Source of the DNA: Armatimonadota bacterium
Lineage (GTDB): Bacteria > Armatimonadota > SYMT01
Assembly (NCBI GenBank): GCA_046292385.1
Contig: JBKBRF010000002.1
Location: 107,643 to 171,642, forward strand
Direction of reading: 5' to 3'
DNA length: 64,000 nt
Positions 28,412 through 39,069 of the stretch are shown here, one piece after another. The notes below the pieces were generated by a model that worked only from the letters and a program-made list of their open reading frames with translations, made no database searches and had not been told where the DNA came from. Position 1 is the stretch's first letter. The number at the start of each line of letters is the position of its first letter. The translations under genes and the position numbers were made by a program.

Positions 28412-29993
28412 CGCCCCGTCCGACGGCGCCGCCGGAGTCGATCCGGCGGCGCCCCCGTCTCCCAAGCGGGCCGCCGGGCAGCTCTGGCCCGCCTTCGCGG
28501 TCCCGGTGCTCCTGCTCCTGCCGACCCTCCTCTTCGCCTGGGGCCGCGACCCGGCCACCTTCGCCTACGTGGGGCAGGTGATCGTCGACGGCGGCATGCC
28601 GTACCGCGACGCCTGGGACATCAAGCCGCCCGGCATCTACCTGCTCTACGCCGCGCTGCGCCTCCTCTCGCCGGACGGCGGGTGGGGCTACATGGCGACG
28701 GTGCGGAGCTTCGACGTCCTGCTCGCCGGCGTCACCGGCCTGCTCCTCGCTCAACTGGTGCGCCACTGGGGACGGCCGGAGTGGGGAACCGCCGCGGCGG
28801 CCTGGTACGCGGCGCTCTACCTGAGCGGCACCTACTGGAGCCTGGGACAGGCGGAGGCGTGGGCGAACCCGCTGGTGCTCGGGGCGGCGCTCCTGCTGCT
28901 GCAGGCGGGCGCCTCCGACCGGATCGATACCGCGCGCCTCTGCGGCGCGGGTCTGCTGCTCGGCGCTGCGGCACTGCTCAAGTTCACCGCCGTCCTGCCC
29001 GCGCTGCCGTTCCTGATCCCCGCCCTTTACCGCAAGCGCCTGTTCCGCGCCGCGGCCCTCGTTCTGGGCGGGCTGCTGCCGCTCCTCGCCGCGTTCCTCT
29101 GGCTGCGCGCGGGGAACGCCTGGGACGCGTACCTGGAGATCCAGCGCGACTTCGTGGTCCCGTATACCCGGCTCACCGCTCCCGGCGCGGCGGAGGGGCT
29201 GCTCGGGATCGCGGCCCAAACCGGCCGCTGGCTGCTGAAGGTCTGGCCCGCCGCGCTGCTGGGACTGGCGGGCGCCTGGCTCTGGCGGAGCGCCGGCCGG
29301 GGGCTGGTCGTCGGTGCCTTCACCGCCGGATTGCTCACCGTCTGGGTGCAGCACAAGTACTTCGCCTACCACTGGCAGCCCGCGCTCCCCTGGCTGGCGC
29401 TGCTCGCCGCCGCGGGAGGTGCGTCCGTGCTGCGGCAGAGGCCGCGGTGGTCCGCCCTCGCCCCTACCCTCGCCGCCGCGGCCTGGCTCCTGGCGATGTA
29501 CGGCGGCACCTACCTGGACGCCGCCCGCTACGCCGCCGGGCTGCTCCCGCGCGACCAATGGTACGCCCGCTTCGGCCGTCCGCACGGCGGCGACTACTCA
29601 TTCCTGGCCGGCGTCTGGGCCGCGGAGTACGTGCGGGAACACACCAAACCGGGAGAGACGGTCCTGGTGTGGGGCTTTGAACCGAACGTCTACCTCTTCT
29701 CGGACCGCCGTGCCTCCAGCCGCTACTTCTTTAATGTGCCGCTTACCGCGCCGTTCGCGCCCCCCGGCTGGCAAACCGAGTACTTCGACGGCATCGTTGC
29801 CAAAGAGCCGCAACTGCTCCTGGTGCTTCGGAACGACGAGATTCCATGGGCGAGCGGCACTCGAGCTGATTCCGAGGAGATGCTGAACTTTCCACAATAC
29901 CGAATGCCCCCCATCCGCGACTTGTTTGAGGATCGCTACGTGCAGGTGGAAGACTTCACCATCCATCCCCGTTGGGTGCCGCCACCGTTCTGA
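28404..29993 (+). CDS. Integral membrane GT-C glycosyltransferase (ArnT/PMT-like)
   Basis: RD...FAY.G, PYRDAWDIKPPG, many TM helices and LLKF. Confidence 0.8.
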   Translation: MIDAPSDGAAGVDPAAPPSPKRAAGQLWPAFAVPVLLLLPTLLFAWGRDPATFAYVGQVIVDGGMPYRDAWDIKPPGIYLLYAALRLLSPDGGWGYMATVRSFDVLLAGVTGLLLAQLVRHWGRPEWGTAAAAWYAALYLSGTYWSLGQAEAWANPLVLGAALLLLQAGASDRIDTARLCGAGLLLGAAALLKFTAVLPALPFLIPALYRKRLFRAAALVLGGLLPLLAAFLWLRAGNAWDAYLEIQRDFVVPYTRLTAPGAAEGLLGIAAQTGRWLLKVWPAALLGLAGAWLWRSAGRGLVVGAFTAGLLTVWVQHKYFAYHWQPALPWLALLAAAGGASVLRQRPRWSALAPTLAAAAWLLAMYGGTYLDAARYAAGLLPRDQWYARFGRPHGGDYSFLAGVWAAEYVREHTKPGETVLVWGFEPNVYLFSDRRASSRYFFNVPLTAPFAPPGWQTEYFDGIVAKEPQLLLVLRNDEIPWASGTRADSEEMLNFPQYRMPPIRDLFEDRYVQVEDFTIHPRWVPPPF

Positions 29994-29998
29994 CTCAC

Positions 29999-30811
29999 AT
30001 GCCTGAGCTTCCTGAAGTTGAGATCCACGCCCGGAACCTGCGCGCGTGGCTGGTGGGGCGCCGCATCGAGCGGGTGGAGGTGCTCGATCCGAAGCTGCTG
30101 GACGACCCCGGCCCGCTCCCGCTGGAGACGGCGGCCGGGCAACGCGTGGAGGCGGTCCGGCGTGACGCGAAGTACCTCTTCCTGGACCTCGAGGGCGGCG
30201 TCACGCTGGTGGCGCACCTGCGGATGACGGGTCGGTTCGTCCGCGACGCCTACGTCGCCGGACCCTACCCGAAGTTCAGCCGCCTGGCGCTCTACCTCGA
30301 CAGCGGGGAGGTGGTCCGCTTCGAGGACCGGCGCCGCTTCGGCCGGGCCTGGCTGGTGCCGGCCGGTGAGGAGCGGTCGCTGCCGGAGCTGCGAGAGCTC
30401 GGGCCGGACGCGCTCCTGCAGCCGATCTCCGTGGAGCGGCTCACGGAAGCCGCCGGGAAGACCCGCCGCCCGATCAAGGTGCTGCTGATGGACCAGACGC
30501 TCCTCGGCGGGCTGGGGAACATCTGCGTCATCGAAGTGCTCTACCGCGCGCGCATCGCGCCGGAGCGCCCCGCGAACAGCCTGACGCCGGAGGAGCTCCG
30601 CCGCCTCGCGGAGGGCATACCGCTCTTTCTGGAGTGGGCGATCGAGGCGCAGAGCCGCCGGGAGCTGATCTATCTGGGCGAGAAGGGCGCGGAGAACGTC
30701 TTCACCATCTACCGCCGCGAAGGCACCCCCTGCCCCACCTGCGGCGGCGCTATCGTCTACACCACCCTCGGCGGACGAGGGACCTACGCCTGCCCCTCGT
30801 GTCAGAGTTGA
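29999..30811 (+). CDS. mutM: Fpg/Nei family DNA glycosylase
   Basis: MPELPEVE, HLRMTG, DRRRFG, H2TH GLGNI and zinc finger CPTC...CPSCQ. Confidence 0.9.
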   Translation: MPELPEVEIHARNLRAWLVGRRIERVEVLDPKLLDDPGPLPLETAAGQRVEAVRRDAKYLFLDLEGGVTLVAHLRMTGRFVRDAYVAGPYPKFSRLALYLDSGEVVRFEDRRRFGRAWLVPAGEERSLPELRELGPDALLQPISVERLTEAAGKTRRPIKVLLMDQTLLGGLGNICVIEVLYRARIAPERPANSLTPEELRRLAEGIPLFLEWAIEAQSRRELIYLGEKGAENVFTIYRREGTPCPTCGGAIVYTTLGGRGTYACPSCQS

Positions 30812-30814
30812 TTT

Positions 30815-30904
30815 GTTAGCAGGTTGCAGGTTAGCAGGTTGCAGGTTCCGAACCCCGCCTCGCGTGTTTCCAACCTGTAACCTGCAAACCTGACAACCTG
30901 CAAC
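30815..30904. repeat. Inverted heptamer arrays (GCAGGTT)n ... (AACCTGC)n between convergent genes
   Basis: Directly visible; related arrays at about 17841-17872, 32588-32648, 35470-35556 and 47213-47248. Confidence 0.75.
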
Positions 30905-31926
30905 TACCCCAGTTGATTGTGCTCGCGGGCGGCTTGCTGCGTGAGGCCGGTGAGCCAGGAGCGGGTGAGCGGCGTCTCGCTCTCGGCACCGCGGACCTTC
31001 TGCTCGCCGATGCCGCCGGGGCCGGGGAGCATCCGGTTCACTAGGCCGAGGAGGTCCGCCGTGACGCCGGGGAAGAGGCCGTGGAACCGCACGGCGATCT
31101 CCGCCGGCAGGGAGAGGATCAGCTCCGCGTCGCCGCGTCGGCAGGCCGCCACGATCTGCCGCGCCGCCTTCTCCGCGCTGATGGAGCTGCCCGGGAGGGA
31201 GTCGGCGAGCTTGAACCAGGCGTACTCCGCCTCGTGCTGCCCCTTGAACCAGGCCTGGCGCGGGCTCCCGGTGCGCATCAGGCCGGGGCAGACGGTGGTG
31301 ACGCGGATGCCGTCCTTCAGCAGCTCCGCCCGCAGTCCCTCCGAGAAGCCGACCAGCGCGAACTTGCTGGCGCAGTAGGGCAGCAGGTGCGGGACGGAGA
31401 TCTTGCCGCCGATGGAGGAGATGTTGACGATCCGCCCTTCCCGCCGCTCGCGCATCCCCGGCAGCACCGCGGTCACGGTGTTCAGCGGCCCCCAGAAGTG
31501 GACCCGCATCGCCTGCTCGTAGTCGGCGCGGGTCATCACCTCCATCGGTCCGACCTCGATGATCCCGGCGTTGTTGATCAGCACGTCGACCCGCCCGAAC
31601 CGGACCTCCGCCGCTTCCACCATCCGGGCCACCTGGTCCGGCTCGGTGACGTCGCACGGCACCGCCAGCACCTCCGCGCCCCGGGACGCCAGCTCTTCCC
31701 GCGCGCGCTCCAGCTCTTCGGGACCGCGGGCACAGATCACCAGGCGGGCGCCCTGGCGGGCCAGCTCTCGCGCCAGTACCAGGCCGAGTCCCCGCGAGCC
31801 GCCGGTAACCAGCGCCACCTTCCCAGCCAGCGGGTAGCGGCGCGCCTGCCGCACCATCCAGCCCGCTCCGAGCGCCGCCGCGATCCCGGCGCCCGCCAGC
31901 AGCGTGTTCCGCGTTCGGTGTTCCAT
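30904..31926 (-). CDS. Short-chain dehydrogenase/reductase
   Basis: TGGSRGLG, NNAG, NISSIGG and YCASKF. ATG at 31926 after GGAGGAG. Confidence 0.93.
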   Translation of the reverse strand: MEHRTRNTLLAGAGIAAALGAGWMVRQARRYPLAGKVALVTGGSRGLGLVLARELARQGARLVICARGPEELERAREELASRGAEVLAVPCDVTEPDQVARMVEAAEVRFGRVDVLINNAGIIEVGPMEVMTRADYEQAMRVHFWGPLNTVTAVLPGMRERREGRIVNISSIGGKISVPHLLPYCASKFALVGFSEGLRAELLKDGIRVTTVCPGLMRTGSPRQAWFKGQHEAEYAWFKLADSLPGSSISAEKAARQIVAACRRGDAELILSLPAEIAVRFHGLFPGVTADLLGLVNRMLPGPGGIGEQKVRGAESETPLTRSWLTGLTQQAAREHNQLG

Positions 31927-32144
31927 GGGTGCTCCTCCGGAATCGACCGGCACCGCGCCGGCTGTTCCTGGACTCCCCCGAAAGCGCGGGGCTCGAAACC
32001 GGGCGAGCTTACGGGAGCTGCGCCGCGTGTGAGCCACGCCCTGGCAGCGGGTAAAACGGAGTAAGATGGGAGTGCTACCGGGTGCCAGCCCCCGCTCCGA
32101 ACAAGCGGGAAGCGCGGCGCCCGGCGATAGGAAGGGAAAGAGCC

Positions 32145-32576
32145 GTGGACAAACAGTCGCTCATCGACGCGCTGAACGAAGACCTCGCCAACGAGTACGC
32201 CGCCATCATCCAGTACACCCAGTACGCGGCCAAGATCCGCGGCCCCTGGCGGACGGAGCTCCGCAACTTCTTCATGGCGGAGATCCCGGACGAGCAGACC
32301 CACGCCCAGTACCTGGCGGACAAAATCGCCGCCATGGGCGGAAACCCGACCACGCAGGCGGCGCCCGTCACCGCGGCCGACGCGGCGGAAGACATGCTCC
32401 GCGCCGTGCGGGACGCGGAGGAGCGCGCCGTGCGGAACTACACCCAGCGCGCGCAGCAGGCGGATGCGCTGGGCGAGATCGCCCTGAAGGTGCAGATCGA
32501 GAACTTCATCGCGGACGAGCAGACCCACATGCAGGAAGTGGACCAGATCCTGGCGGAGTGGCCGGCGCAGTCGTAG
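32145..32576 (+). CDS. Ferritin-like (bacterioferritin/Dps-type) protein
   Basis: LNEDLANEYAAIIQY, two DEQTH diiron motifs and AEERAVRNY. Confidence 0.88.
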   Translation: MDKQSLIDALNEDLANEYAAIIQYTQYAAKIRGPWRTELRNFFMAEIPDEQTHAQYLADKIAAMGGNPTTQAAPVTAADAAEDMLRAVRDAEERAVRNYTQRAQQADALGEIALKVQIENFIADEQTHMQEVDQILAEWPAQS

Positions 32577-32720
32577 CGGCGCACGGCTCCAGGTTCGCAA
32601 GTTCCAGGTTGCAGGTTGGGAACCCCGCTTTCCGGATCCCAACCTGCTTCTGGCTCCTCGCCTGCGGGCTTCAGCTCGGTGCCCGGTGGAGGTTTTCTCG
32701 CGCTATTCCCCTTCGGGGAA

Positions 32721-32827
32721 GCGAAAGCAAGCATTCGCACTCCACAGACTGCACCGAGGCAGTCTCCCTCTCGGCAAGAGGGAATCTCTCCCGAGCCGGC
32801 CTGTGGAGTGCGAATGCTTGCTTTCGC
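32721..32827. repeat. REP doublet (GGAG-foot type), perfect 27-bp inverted repeat
   Basis: GCGAAAGCAAGCATTCGCACTCCACAG (32721-32747) is the exact reverse complement of 32801-32827. Confidence 0.8.
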
Positions 32828-33121
32828 GCCCCGCGCCAGCGGGGCCGCGACCTTATCTCGGATTCCGCAGGCCGACGGCCATCCGCAGGCACAGGTGCCA
32901 CCAGCCCGGAAAAAATCCTTGCGGCCAATTGCTTGCTTAGCAGGAAATGTAGCGGGTTTCCGGTGAACTCACCTGCAATCTGGGCGTCGATTACGACCCG
33001 GAGCAGAATCAGCAGTGTCGCGGCGCTTGATTGCCGTCAGGCAGGTCGTATCCCAGGCCCTCCGGGGCTCTTGCTTCGTACCTGCGCCGTACACTGCGGT
33101 ATGGCAGGAGGAGGACTGGTC

Positions 33122-33337
33122 ATGCCGGAAGGCAAAGTAAAGTGGTTTAACAATGCCAAGGGATACGGCTTCATCGACGGAGGCGAGGGGGGCGACATCT
33201 TCGTCCACTACTCCGTGATCCAGAAGGATGGATACCGCACCCTGCGTGAAGGGGAGCCGGTCCTCTACGAGGTGACGGACGGTCCGAAGGGGCTGCAGGC
33301 GACGCACGTCTCGCCCACCGAAGCGGTCACCGCCTGA
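33122..33337 (+). CDS. csp: Cold-shock protein
   Basis: GKVKWFNNAKGYGFI, DIFVHYS and GPKGLQA; strong AGGAGG Shine-Dalgarno. Confidence 0.96.
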   Translation: MPEGKVKWFNNAKGYGFIDGGEGGDIFVHYSVIQKDGYRTLREGEPVLYEVTDGPKGLQATHVSPTEAVTA

Positions 33338-33369
33338 GCCCGTCCGGCCACGGCAGCACACTTCCCGCA

Positions 33370-33397
33370 GCGGCGGTCCTTTCGGGGACCGCCGTTT
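33370..33397 (+). terminator. Hairpin terminator after csp
   Basis: GCGGCGGTCCT-TTCG-GGGACCGCCGT followed by a short T run. Confidence 0.65.
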
Positions 33398-33643
33398 GCG
33401 TTGCTCGCCTTGTCGCCCGGTTGAGAGTTGGTGCCGGAACAGGTGCCGGCGCGGCGCGCGCGTAATATGCGCTCTGGATCGGTCGCGCTTCGGAACAGTG
33501 GGATCGCCGGGAGAGCTGCTCCGGAAGGCGGGCCTCTCTGCGGAGCGATCCGCGGGCCCGGAGCGCTGCCGAGTAAGAGTAGGATGACGAGTAGGAGTGG
33601 GAGTCCCGTCTACGAAGGGCTCCTGAAACGAAGGTGACTAGCT

Positions 33644-35458
33644 TTGAGTGCACAGGATAACAGCGGCGCGCAGGGCGGAGGCTGGCGGCTGCGCGGCTCG
33701 CTTCCGAAGATCGGGATCCGTCCCGCCATCGACGGCCGCTACGGCGGAATCCGCGAATCGCTGGAGGGCCAGACGTTCGGCATGGCGCAGGCCGTGGCCG
33801 ACTTCCTGCGGGAGAACGTGCGCCACGCCAGCGGTGAGCCGGTGGAGGTGGTGATTGCCGATACCTGCATCGGCGGCGCCTCCGAGGCGGCGAAGTGCGC
33901 GGAGAAGTTCCGCCGGGAAGGCGTGGGCGTCTCGCTGACCGTCACCCCCTGCTGGTGCTACGGCGCGGAGACGATGGACATGGACCCGCTCATGCCGAAG
34001 GCGGTCTGGGGCTTCAACGGCACGGAGCGGCCGGGCGCCGTCTACCTGGCGGCGGTCCTCTCCGCCCACACCCAGAAGGGCGTCCCGGCCTTCGGGATCT
34101 ACGGGCGGGACGTGCAGGAAGTGACCGATGCGACGATCCCGGACGACGTGCGGGAGAAGCTGCTCCGCTTCGCCCGCGCCGGCCTCGCCACCGCCACGAT
34201 GCGCGGCACCTCCTACCTGGCGATGGGCGGCGTCTCCATGGGGATCGCCGGCTCGATCGTCGACCACCCATTCTTCCAGAACTATCTGGGCATGCGGGTC
34301 GAGACGATCGACATGACGGAGTTCATCCGTCGCATGGAGCTGGAGATCTACGACCGGGACGAGTACCGGCGGGCGCTGGCGTGGGTGCGGGAGAACTGCC
34401 CGGAAGGGGCCGACCGCAACCCGCCGGAGAAGCAGCGGACCCGGGAGCAGAAGGACGGCGACTGGGAGACCTCCGTCAAGATGGCGCTGATCGCGCGCGA
34501 CCTGATGGTCGGCAACCCGAAGCTGGCGGAGCTCGGCTTCCCGGAGGAGGCGGAGGGGCACAACGCCCTCGCCGGCGGCTTCCAGGGTCAGCGCCAGTGG
34601 ACCGACCACTTCCCGAACGGCGACTTCCTGGAGGCGATCCTCACCAGCTCCTTCGACTGGAGCGGCATCCGCCAGCCCTACGTGGTGGCGACCGAGAACG
34701 ACGCCCTGAACGGCGCCTCGATGCTCTTCGGACACCTTCTCACCGGCGGCGCCCAGCTCTTCGCGGACGTGCGCACCTACTGGAGCCCCGAAGCGGTGCA
34801 GCGGGTGACCGGGCACCGGCTGGAAGGCCGCGCGGAAGGCGGCATCCTCCACCTGATCAACTCCGGCCCCGCCGCGCTCGACTGGACCGGCGAGCTCTCC
34901 CAGGACGGAGAGCCGGCGGTGAAGCCGTGGTGGGAGATCGCCCCCGAGGAAGCGGAGCGGTGCCTGCAGGCGACGAAATGGTGCGCCTCCAGCCTCGGCT
35001 ACTTCCGCGGCGGCGGGTGGTCGACCGACTTCCTCACCCGCGGCGGCATGCCGGCCACGATCTACCGCCTCAACCTGGTGGCGGGGCTCGGCCCGGTGCT
35101 GCAGATCGCGGAAGGCTGGACGGTCGACCTGCCGTCGGAGGTCCACGACACCCTCGACGCCCGCACCGACCCGACGTGGCCGACCACCTGGTTCGCGCCG
35201 CGGACGACCGGCAGCGGCCCGTTCCGGGACGTCTACTCCGTGATGAACGCCTGGGGCGCCAACCACTGCGCGGCCGCCTACGGCCACGTCGGCGCGGACC
35301 TGATCACGCTGGCGTCGCTCCTGCGCATCCCGGTCGACATGCACAACGTGCCGGAAGAGAAGGTCTTCCGCCCCAGCTCCTGGGACCGCTTCGGCGCCCA
35401 GGATCCGCAGGGCGCGGATTACCGGGCGTGCGCCGCCTACGGCCCGCTCTATCGGTAG
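33644..35458 (+). CDS. fucI: L-fucose isomerase
   Basis: [43 protein letters not shown] and WGANH. Confidence 0.95.
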   Translation: MSAQDNSGAQGGGWRLRGSLPKIGIRPAIDGRYGGIRESLEGQTFGMAQAVADFLRENVRHASGEPVEVVIADTCIGGASEAAKCAEKFRREGVGVSLTVTPCWCYGAETMDMDPLMPKAVWGFNGTERPGAVYLAAVLSAHTQKGVPAFGIYGRDVQEVTDATIPDDVREKLLRFARAGLATATMRGTSYLAMGGVSMGIAGSIVDHPFFQNYLGMRVETIDMTEFIRRMELEIYDRDEYRRALAWVRENCPEGADRNPPEKQRTREQKDGDWETSVKMALIARDLMVGNPKLAELGFPEEAEGHNALAGGFQGQRQWTDHFPNGDFLEAILTSSFDWSGIRQPYVVATENDALNGASMLFGHLLTGGAQLFADVRTYWSPEAVQRVTGHRLEGRAEGGILHLINSGPAALDWTGELSQDGEPAVKPWWEIAPEEAERCLQATKWCASSLGYFRGGGWSTDFLTRGGMPATIYRLNLVAGLGPVLQIAEGWTVDLPSEVHDTLDARTDPTWPTTWFAPRTTGSGPFRDVYSVMNAWGANHCAAAYGHVGADLITLASLLRIPVDMHNVPEEKVFRPSSWDRFGAQDPQGADYRACAAYGPLYR

Positions 35459-35564
35459 CAACTGTCTGTCAGCAGGTTGGCAGGTTGCAAGTTGCAGGTT
35501 AACTCCCCGGAACACGGGGTTCCAAACCTGAAACCTGGAACCTGCTAACCTGAAACAGCTTCCC

Positions 35565-37001
35565 ATGTCACACTCCGCCTCCGCCGCGCTCGCCGGACCG
35601 GCGGCCGGGCTCTGGCTCCGGGCGCTTACCTGCGCTCGCGGCCCCGCCCTCTGCCTCCTCGGGCCCGGGGGAGAGCTGCTCGACGCGAGCGCCTCCGCCC
35701 GGTCGCTCTACGGGTGGGGCAGCGGGCCGCTGCCGGAGTGGTCGTTCCCCGGGTTCTTCCCTCCGGAGGAGCGCCGGCGGCTCGACGGGACGCTCGCCGC
35801 GGCCGCGGCCCTGGGCGTGCTGGAGACCGGGGCGACCCACCGCCGCGCCGACGGCAGCACCTTCCCCGCCCGGATCACGCTCACCGCCCTCCCGGACGGA
35901 GGGGCAGCGGCGGGCTTCCTGATGCAGACGGTCGACGAGACCGCCTCCGCCCGCCGGGAGGCGGTGCGGGCCGCCGCCGAGGAGCGCCTGCACGACCTGC
36001 TGCGGAGCCTGCCGGACACGCTGCTCGTCTTCGACCGGGAGCCGCGGCTGCTCTCCGTGACTCCGGAGGACGGCTGCCCGTTCGGGGCGCCGGGAGAGCT
36101 GCTCGGAAGGGGCTCGGACGATCCTGCCTGGCGCCTCGCGGGCGCTGACCCGCTGGGGGTGCGGCGGGTGCTGCGGACCGGCGGCCCTCTCGCCCCCTGG
36201 GAAGCGGAGTGGACCGGCAGCCGGGAGCCGCGCACCCTCTCCCTCGCGGCCGCCCCGCTGCAGGGCCCCGGCGGGCAGCCTCTCGGGGTGGTGGTCGCCG
36301 CGCGGGACGTAACCGGGCTCCGCGGCCGGGAGGAGGAGCGGGAGGCGCGAGAGCGGCTGGAAGAGCTTTCCCGGCGCCTGGTCGAGGAGCTGGAGGCGGA
36401 GCGCGCCCGGCTCTCGCGGGAGCTGCACGACGCGGTCGGCGGCGGCCTCGCGGCGCTCGGGCTGCTCCTCGCCGGGGACGCGGAGCCCGGCGCGAGAATT
36501 GCGGATGCGACCGCCGCGGTCCGGGAGCTGCACGCGCGGGTGCGGGAGCTGGCCCAGGAGCTGCGCCCGAAGGTGCTGGACGAGCTGGGGCTGCTGCCGG
36601 CGCTCTGCTGGCTGGCCCACCGGTACCGCGCGGCCGGCCTGGAGGTCGCGGTGACCCACCGGAACACCGGCGAGCGCTGGGAGCCGGAGGTCGAGACCGC
36701 CTGCTTCCGCATCGCGCAGGAGGCGCTGGCGAACGCCGCCCGCCACGCGGGGGCCGCCGCCGTAACGCTCCACCTGGAGGGAACCCCCTCCAGCGCGCGG
36801 CTGTGGGTCCAGGACGACGGCCGCGGCTTCGACCCGGACGCTCCCCGCCCCCGGAGCACCGGCCTGGCGGGAATGCGGGAGCGGGCGCGGCTACTGGGGG
36901 GAGCCCTGGTGGTGGAGAGCGCGCCGGGCGCCGGAACGTACGTGGAGGTGGAGCTCCCGCTGCTCCGCCAACCGGGAGCCGGAGGAGATCGATGCCCATG
37001 A
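35565..37001 (+). CDS. PAS-domain sensor histidine kinase (HisKA_3, NarX-like)
   Basis: RRADGSTFP PAS/PAC, ERARLSRELHD, FRIAQEALAN, DDGRGF and GLAGMRERA. Confidence 0.9.
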   Translation: MSHSASAALAGPAAGLWLRALTCARGPALCLLGPGGELLDASASARSLYGWGSGPLPEWSFPGFFPPEERRRLDGTLAAAAALGVLETGATHRRADGSTFPARITLTALPDGGAAAGFLMQTVDETASARREAVRAAAEERLHDLLRSLPDTLLVFDREPRLLSVTPEDGCPFGAPGELLGRGSDDPAWRLAGADPLGVRRVLRTGGPLAPWEAEWTGSREPRTLSLAAAPLQGPGGQPLGVVVAARDVTGLRGREEEREARERLEELSRRLVEELEAERARLSRELHDAVGGGLAALGLLLAGDAEPGARIADATAAVRELHARVRELAQELRPKVLDELGLLPALCWLAHRYRAAGLEVAVTHRNTGERWEPEVETACFRIAQEALANAARHAGAAAVTLHLEGTPSSARLWVQDDGRGFDPDAPRPRSTGLAGMRERARLLGGALVVESAPGAGTYVEVELPLLRQPGAGGDRCP

Positions 37002-37663
37002 ATCTGGAGCTTCCAGTGCGGGTACTGCTGGCGGACGACCATCCGCTGGTGCTGGACGGTCTGCGCCTGCGGGTGGAGGCGGACCGCCGCTTCCAGGTGG
37101 TGGGGCAGCTCACCAACGGACTGGAAGTGGTGCCCGCGGTGCAACGGCTCCGCCCGGAGCTCCTGCTGCTCGACCTCACCATGCCGGGCCTCACCGGCGG
37201 GGAGATCCTGCGCCAGCTCAACCGCCGCTTTCCGCGCACCCGGGTGATCGTCGTCTCCATGTGGGCCGACCCGGTCACCGTCGCGGAAGCGCTGCGCAAC
37301 GGCGCGTGGGGTTACGTCGTTAAGGAAGCGGGAGCGGAGGCGGTATCGCAGGCGCTCGCGGCGGTGCTGCGGGACGAGCAGTACCTGAGCGCGCCGCTGG
37401 ACGAGCACGAAGTGCGGTGTCAGCTGGCACGGCTCCGGGCGCAGGTGCCCCGCGCCGAGACGCTGACCCCGCGGGAGCGGGAGGTGCTGAAGCTGAGCGC
37501 GGAAGGCCTCTCGAACCCCCGGATCGCGGAGCGGCTCTTCCTGAGCGTCCGCACCGTGGAGAGCCACCGCGCGCGCGTGCTGCGGAAGCTGGAGCTGACC
37601 GACCAGACCGACCTGGTGAAGTACGCCATCCGGAGCGGCCTGATCCCGCCGCCGCAGGAGTAG
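36992..37663 (+). CDS. NarL/LuxR family response regulator
   Basis: LLADDHPLV, LLDLTMP, LTPREREVL and LFLSVRTVESHR. Confidence 0.93.
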   Translation: MPMNLELPVRVLLADDHPLVLDGLRLRVEADRRFQVVGQLTNGLEVVPAVQRLRPELLLLDLTMPGLTGGEILRQLNRRFPRTRVIVVSMWADPVTVAEALRNGAWGYVVKEAGAEAVSQALAAVLRDEQYLSAPLDEHEVRCQLARLRAQVPRAETLTPREREVLKLSAEGLSNPRIAERLFLSVRTVESHRARVLRKLELTDQTDLVKYAIRSGLIPPPQE

Positions 37664-37902
37664 AGACTGAGTGGGAGAGTGGGCGCAAGGGGGAGTGGGA
37701 GAAACCGACCGCGTGGGCGGTGATCCATTGGCGCAGAGCACAACTATCCCCGAGCGCCATCGAGTAAGAGTAGGAGCACGAGTAGGAGTAGGAGTCCCCG
37801 TCCCGTGAGGTTCGGATTCATCCCTCATCCTTCATCCCTCATCCCTCGACCTCCCCCACTCTCGCGCTCTCCCACTCAGTCAAATTCGACGGAGTCGATC
37901 CG

Positions 37903-39036
37903 ATGTCCGAGCTAGTTACCGGTCCGACGCAGCCGGCAGACCGCGTGCGGAAGTTCCCCTGCAAGCAGTGCGGGGCGAACCTGGAGTTCGCGCCGGGGCA
38001 GCAGGTGCTGGAGTGCCCGTACTGCGGCTTCCGGGAGGAGATTCCGGTCACCCCGGAGGCGATCCGGGAGTACGACCTGGAAGACGCGCTCCTGCGACTG
38101 CCGCACACGGAGGGCTGGGGGACGGAGCGCCGCTCGCTCCAGTGTGAGAACTGCGGCGCCGTCACCACCTTCGAGGAAGGGCAGGTGGCGGGCGACTGCG
38201 CCTTCTGCGGGTCGAGTAAGGTGGTCGAGCGCGACTCCGCCACCAACGTGATCCGGCCGGAGAGCCTGGTGCCGTTCTCCGTGAGCCGCGAGCAGGCGGT
38301 CGGGATGTTCCGGAAGTGGATCTCCGGCCTCTGGTTCCGGCCCAACAACCTCCAGCATGCCGGCCAGCTCGCCAAGATCACCGGCGCCTACCTGCCGTTC
38401 TGGACCTACGACGCCTTCTCCAGCGCCTACTGGACGGCCGACGCCGGCTACCACTACTGGGAGACGGAGACCTACTGGGAGACGGGACCGGACGGCAAGC
38501 AGGAGCAGCGGACGCGCCAGGTGCAGAAGACCCGCTGGGTCCCCGCCTCCGGCCAGCGGCAGGACTTCTTCGACGACGAGCTGGTCTGCGCCTCGAAGGG
38601 CCTGCCGCCCAACCTGATCGGGGGGATCGCCCCGTTCGACCTCGGCCGCCTCGCCCCGTATGAGGCGAGCTTCCTGGCCGGCTTCACCGCGGAGGAGTAC
38701 CAGATCGACCTGAAAGGCGGCTGGCTGGTCGCCCGGGAGCGGATGGAAGGGGAGGTCTACCGCCGCTGCGCGGGCGACGTGCCGGGCGATACCCACCGCA
38801 ACCTGAGCGTGAACACCGCCTTCAGCCAGATGACCTTCAAGCACCTGCTCCTGCCGGTCTGGGTAGCGGCCTACCTCTACGAGAACCGCAGCTACCGCTT
38901 CCTGGTCAACGGCCAGACCGGAAAAGCCTCCGGGGAGGCCCCGCTGAGCTGGTGGAAGATCGCCGGCTTCACCCTGCTGATGGTCCTGCTCGGCCTCGGC
39001 ATCTGGGGACTGGTGCAGCTCTTCGGCGGCCGCTAG
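37903..39036 (+). CDS. Double zinc-ribbon protein with C-terminal TM anchor
   Basis: CKQCG...CPYCG and CENCG...CAFCG, YLPFWTYD and VNGQTGK. Confidence 0.8.
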   Translation: MSELVTGPTQPADRVRKFPCKQCGANLEFAPGQQVLECPYCGFREEIPVTPEAIREYDLEDALLRLPHTEGWGTERRSLQCENCGAVTTFEEGQVAGDCAFCGSSKVVERDSATNVIRPESLVPFSVSREQAVGMFRKWISGLWFRPNNLQHAGQLAKITGAYLPFWTYDAFSSAYWTADAGYHYWETETYWETGPDGKQEQRTRQVQKTRWVPASGQRQDFFDDELVCASKGLPPNLIGGIAPFDLGRLAPYEASFLAGFTAEEYQIDLKGGWLVARERMEGEVYRRCAGDVPGDTHRNLSVNTAFSQMTFKHLLLPVWVAAYLYENRSYRFLVNGQTGKASGEAPLSWWKIAGFTLLMVLLGLGIWGLVQLFGGR

Positions 39037-39069
39037 CCGACCTTTCACCGCGGGGATTCCGAACCATTT

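Noticed and set aside
32066..33121. Long N-terminal extension of the cold-shock ORF (423 aa)
   Set aside because: It overlaps the ferritin gene and repeats; the true start is the ATG at 33122 with a strong SD.
33644..35458. fucI without adjacent fucose pathway genes
   Set aside because: Scattered sugar catabolic genes are common, and the rest of the pathway cannot be assessed from this window.
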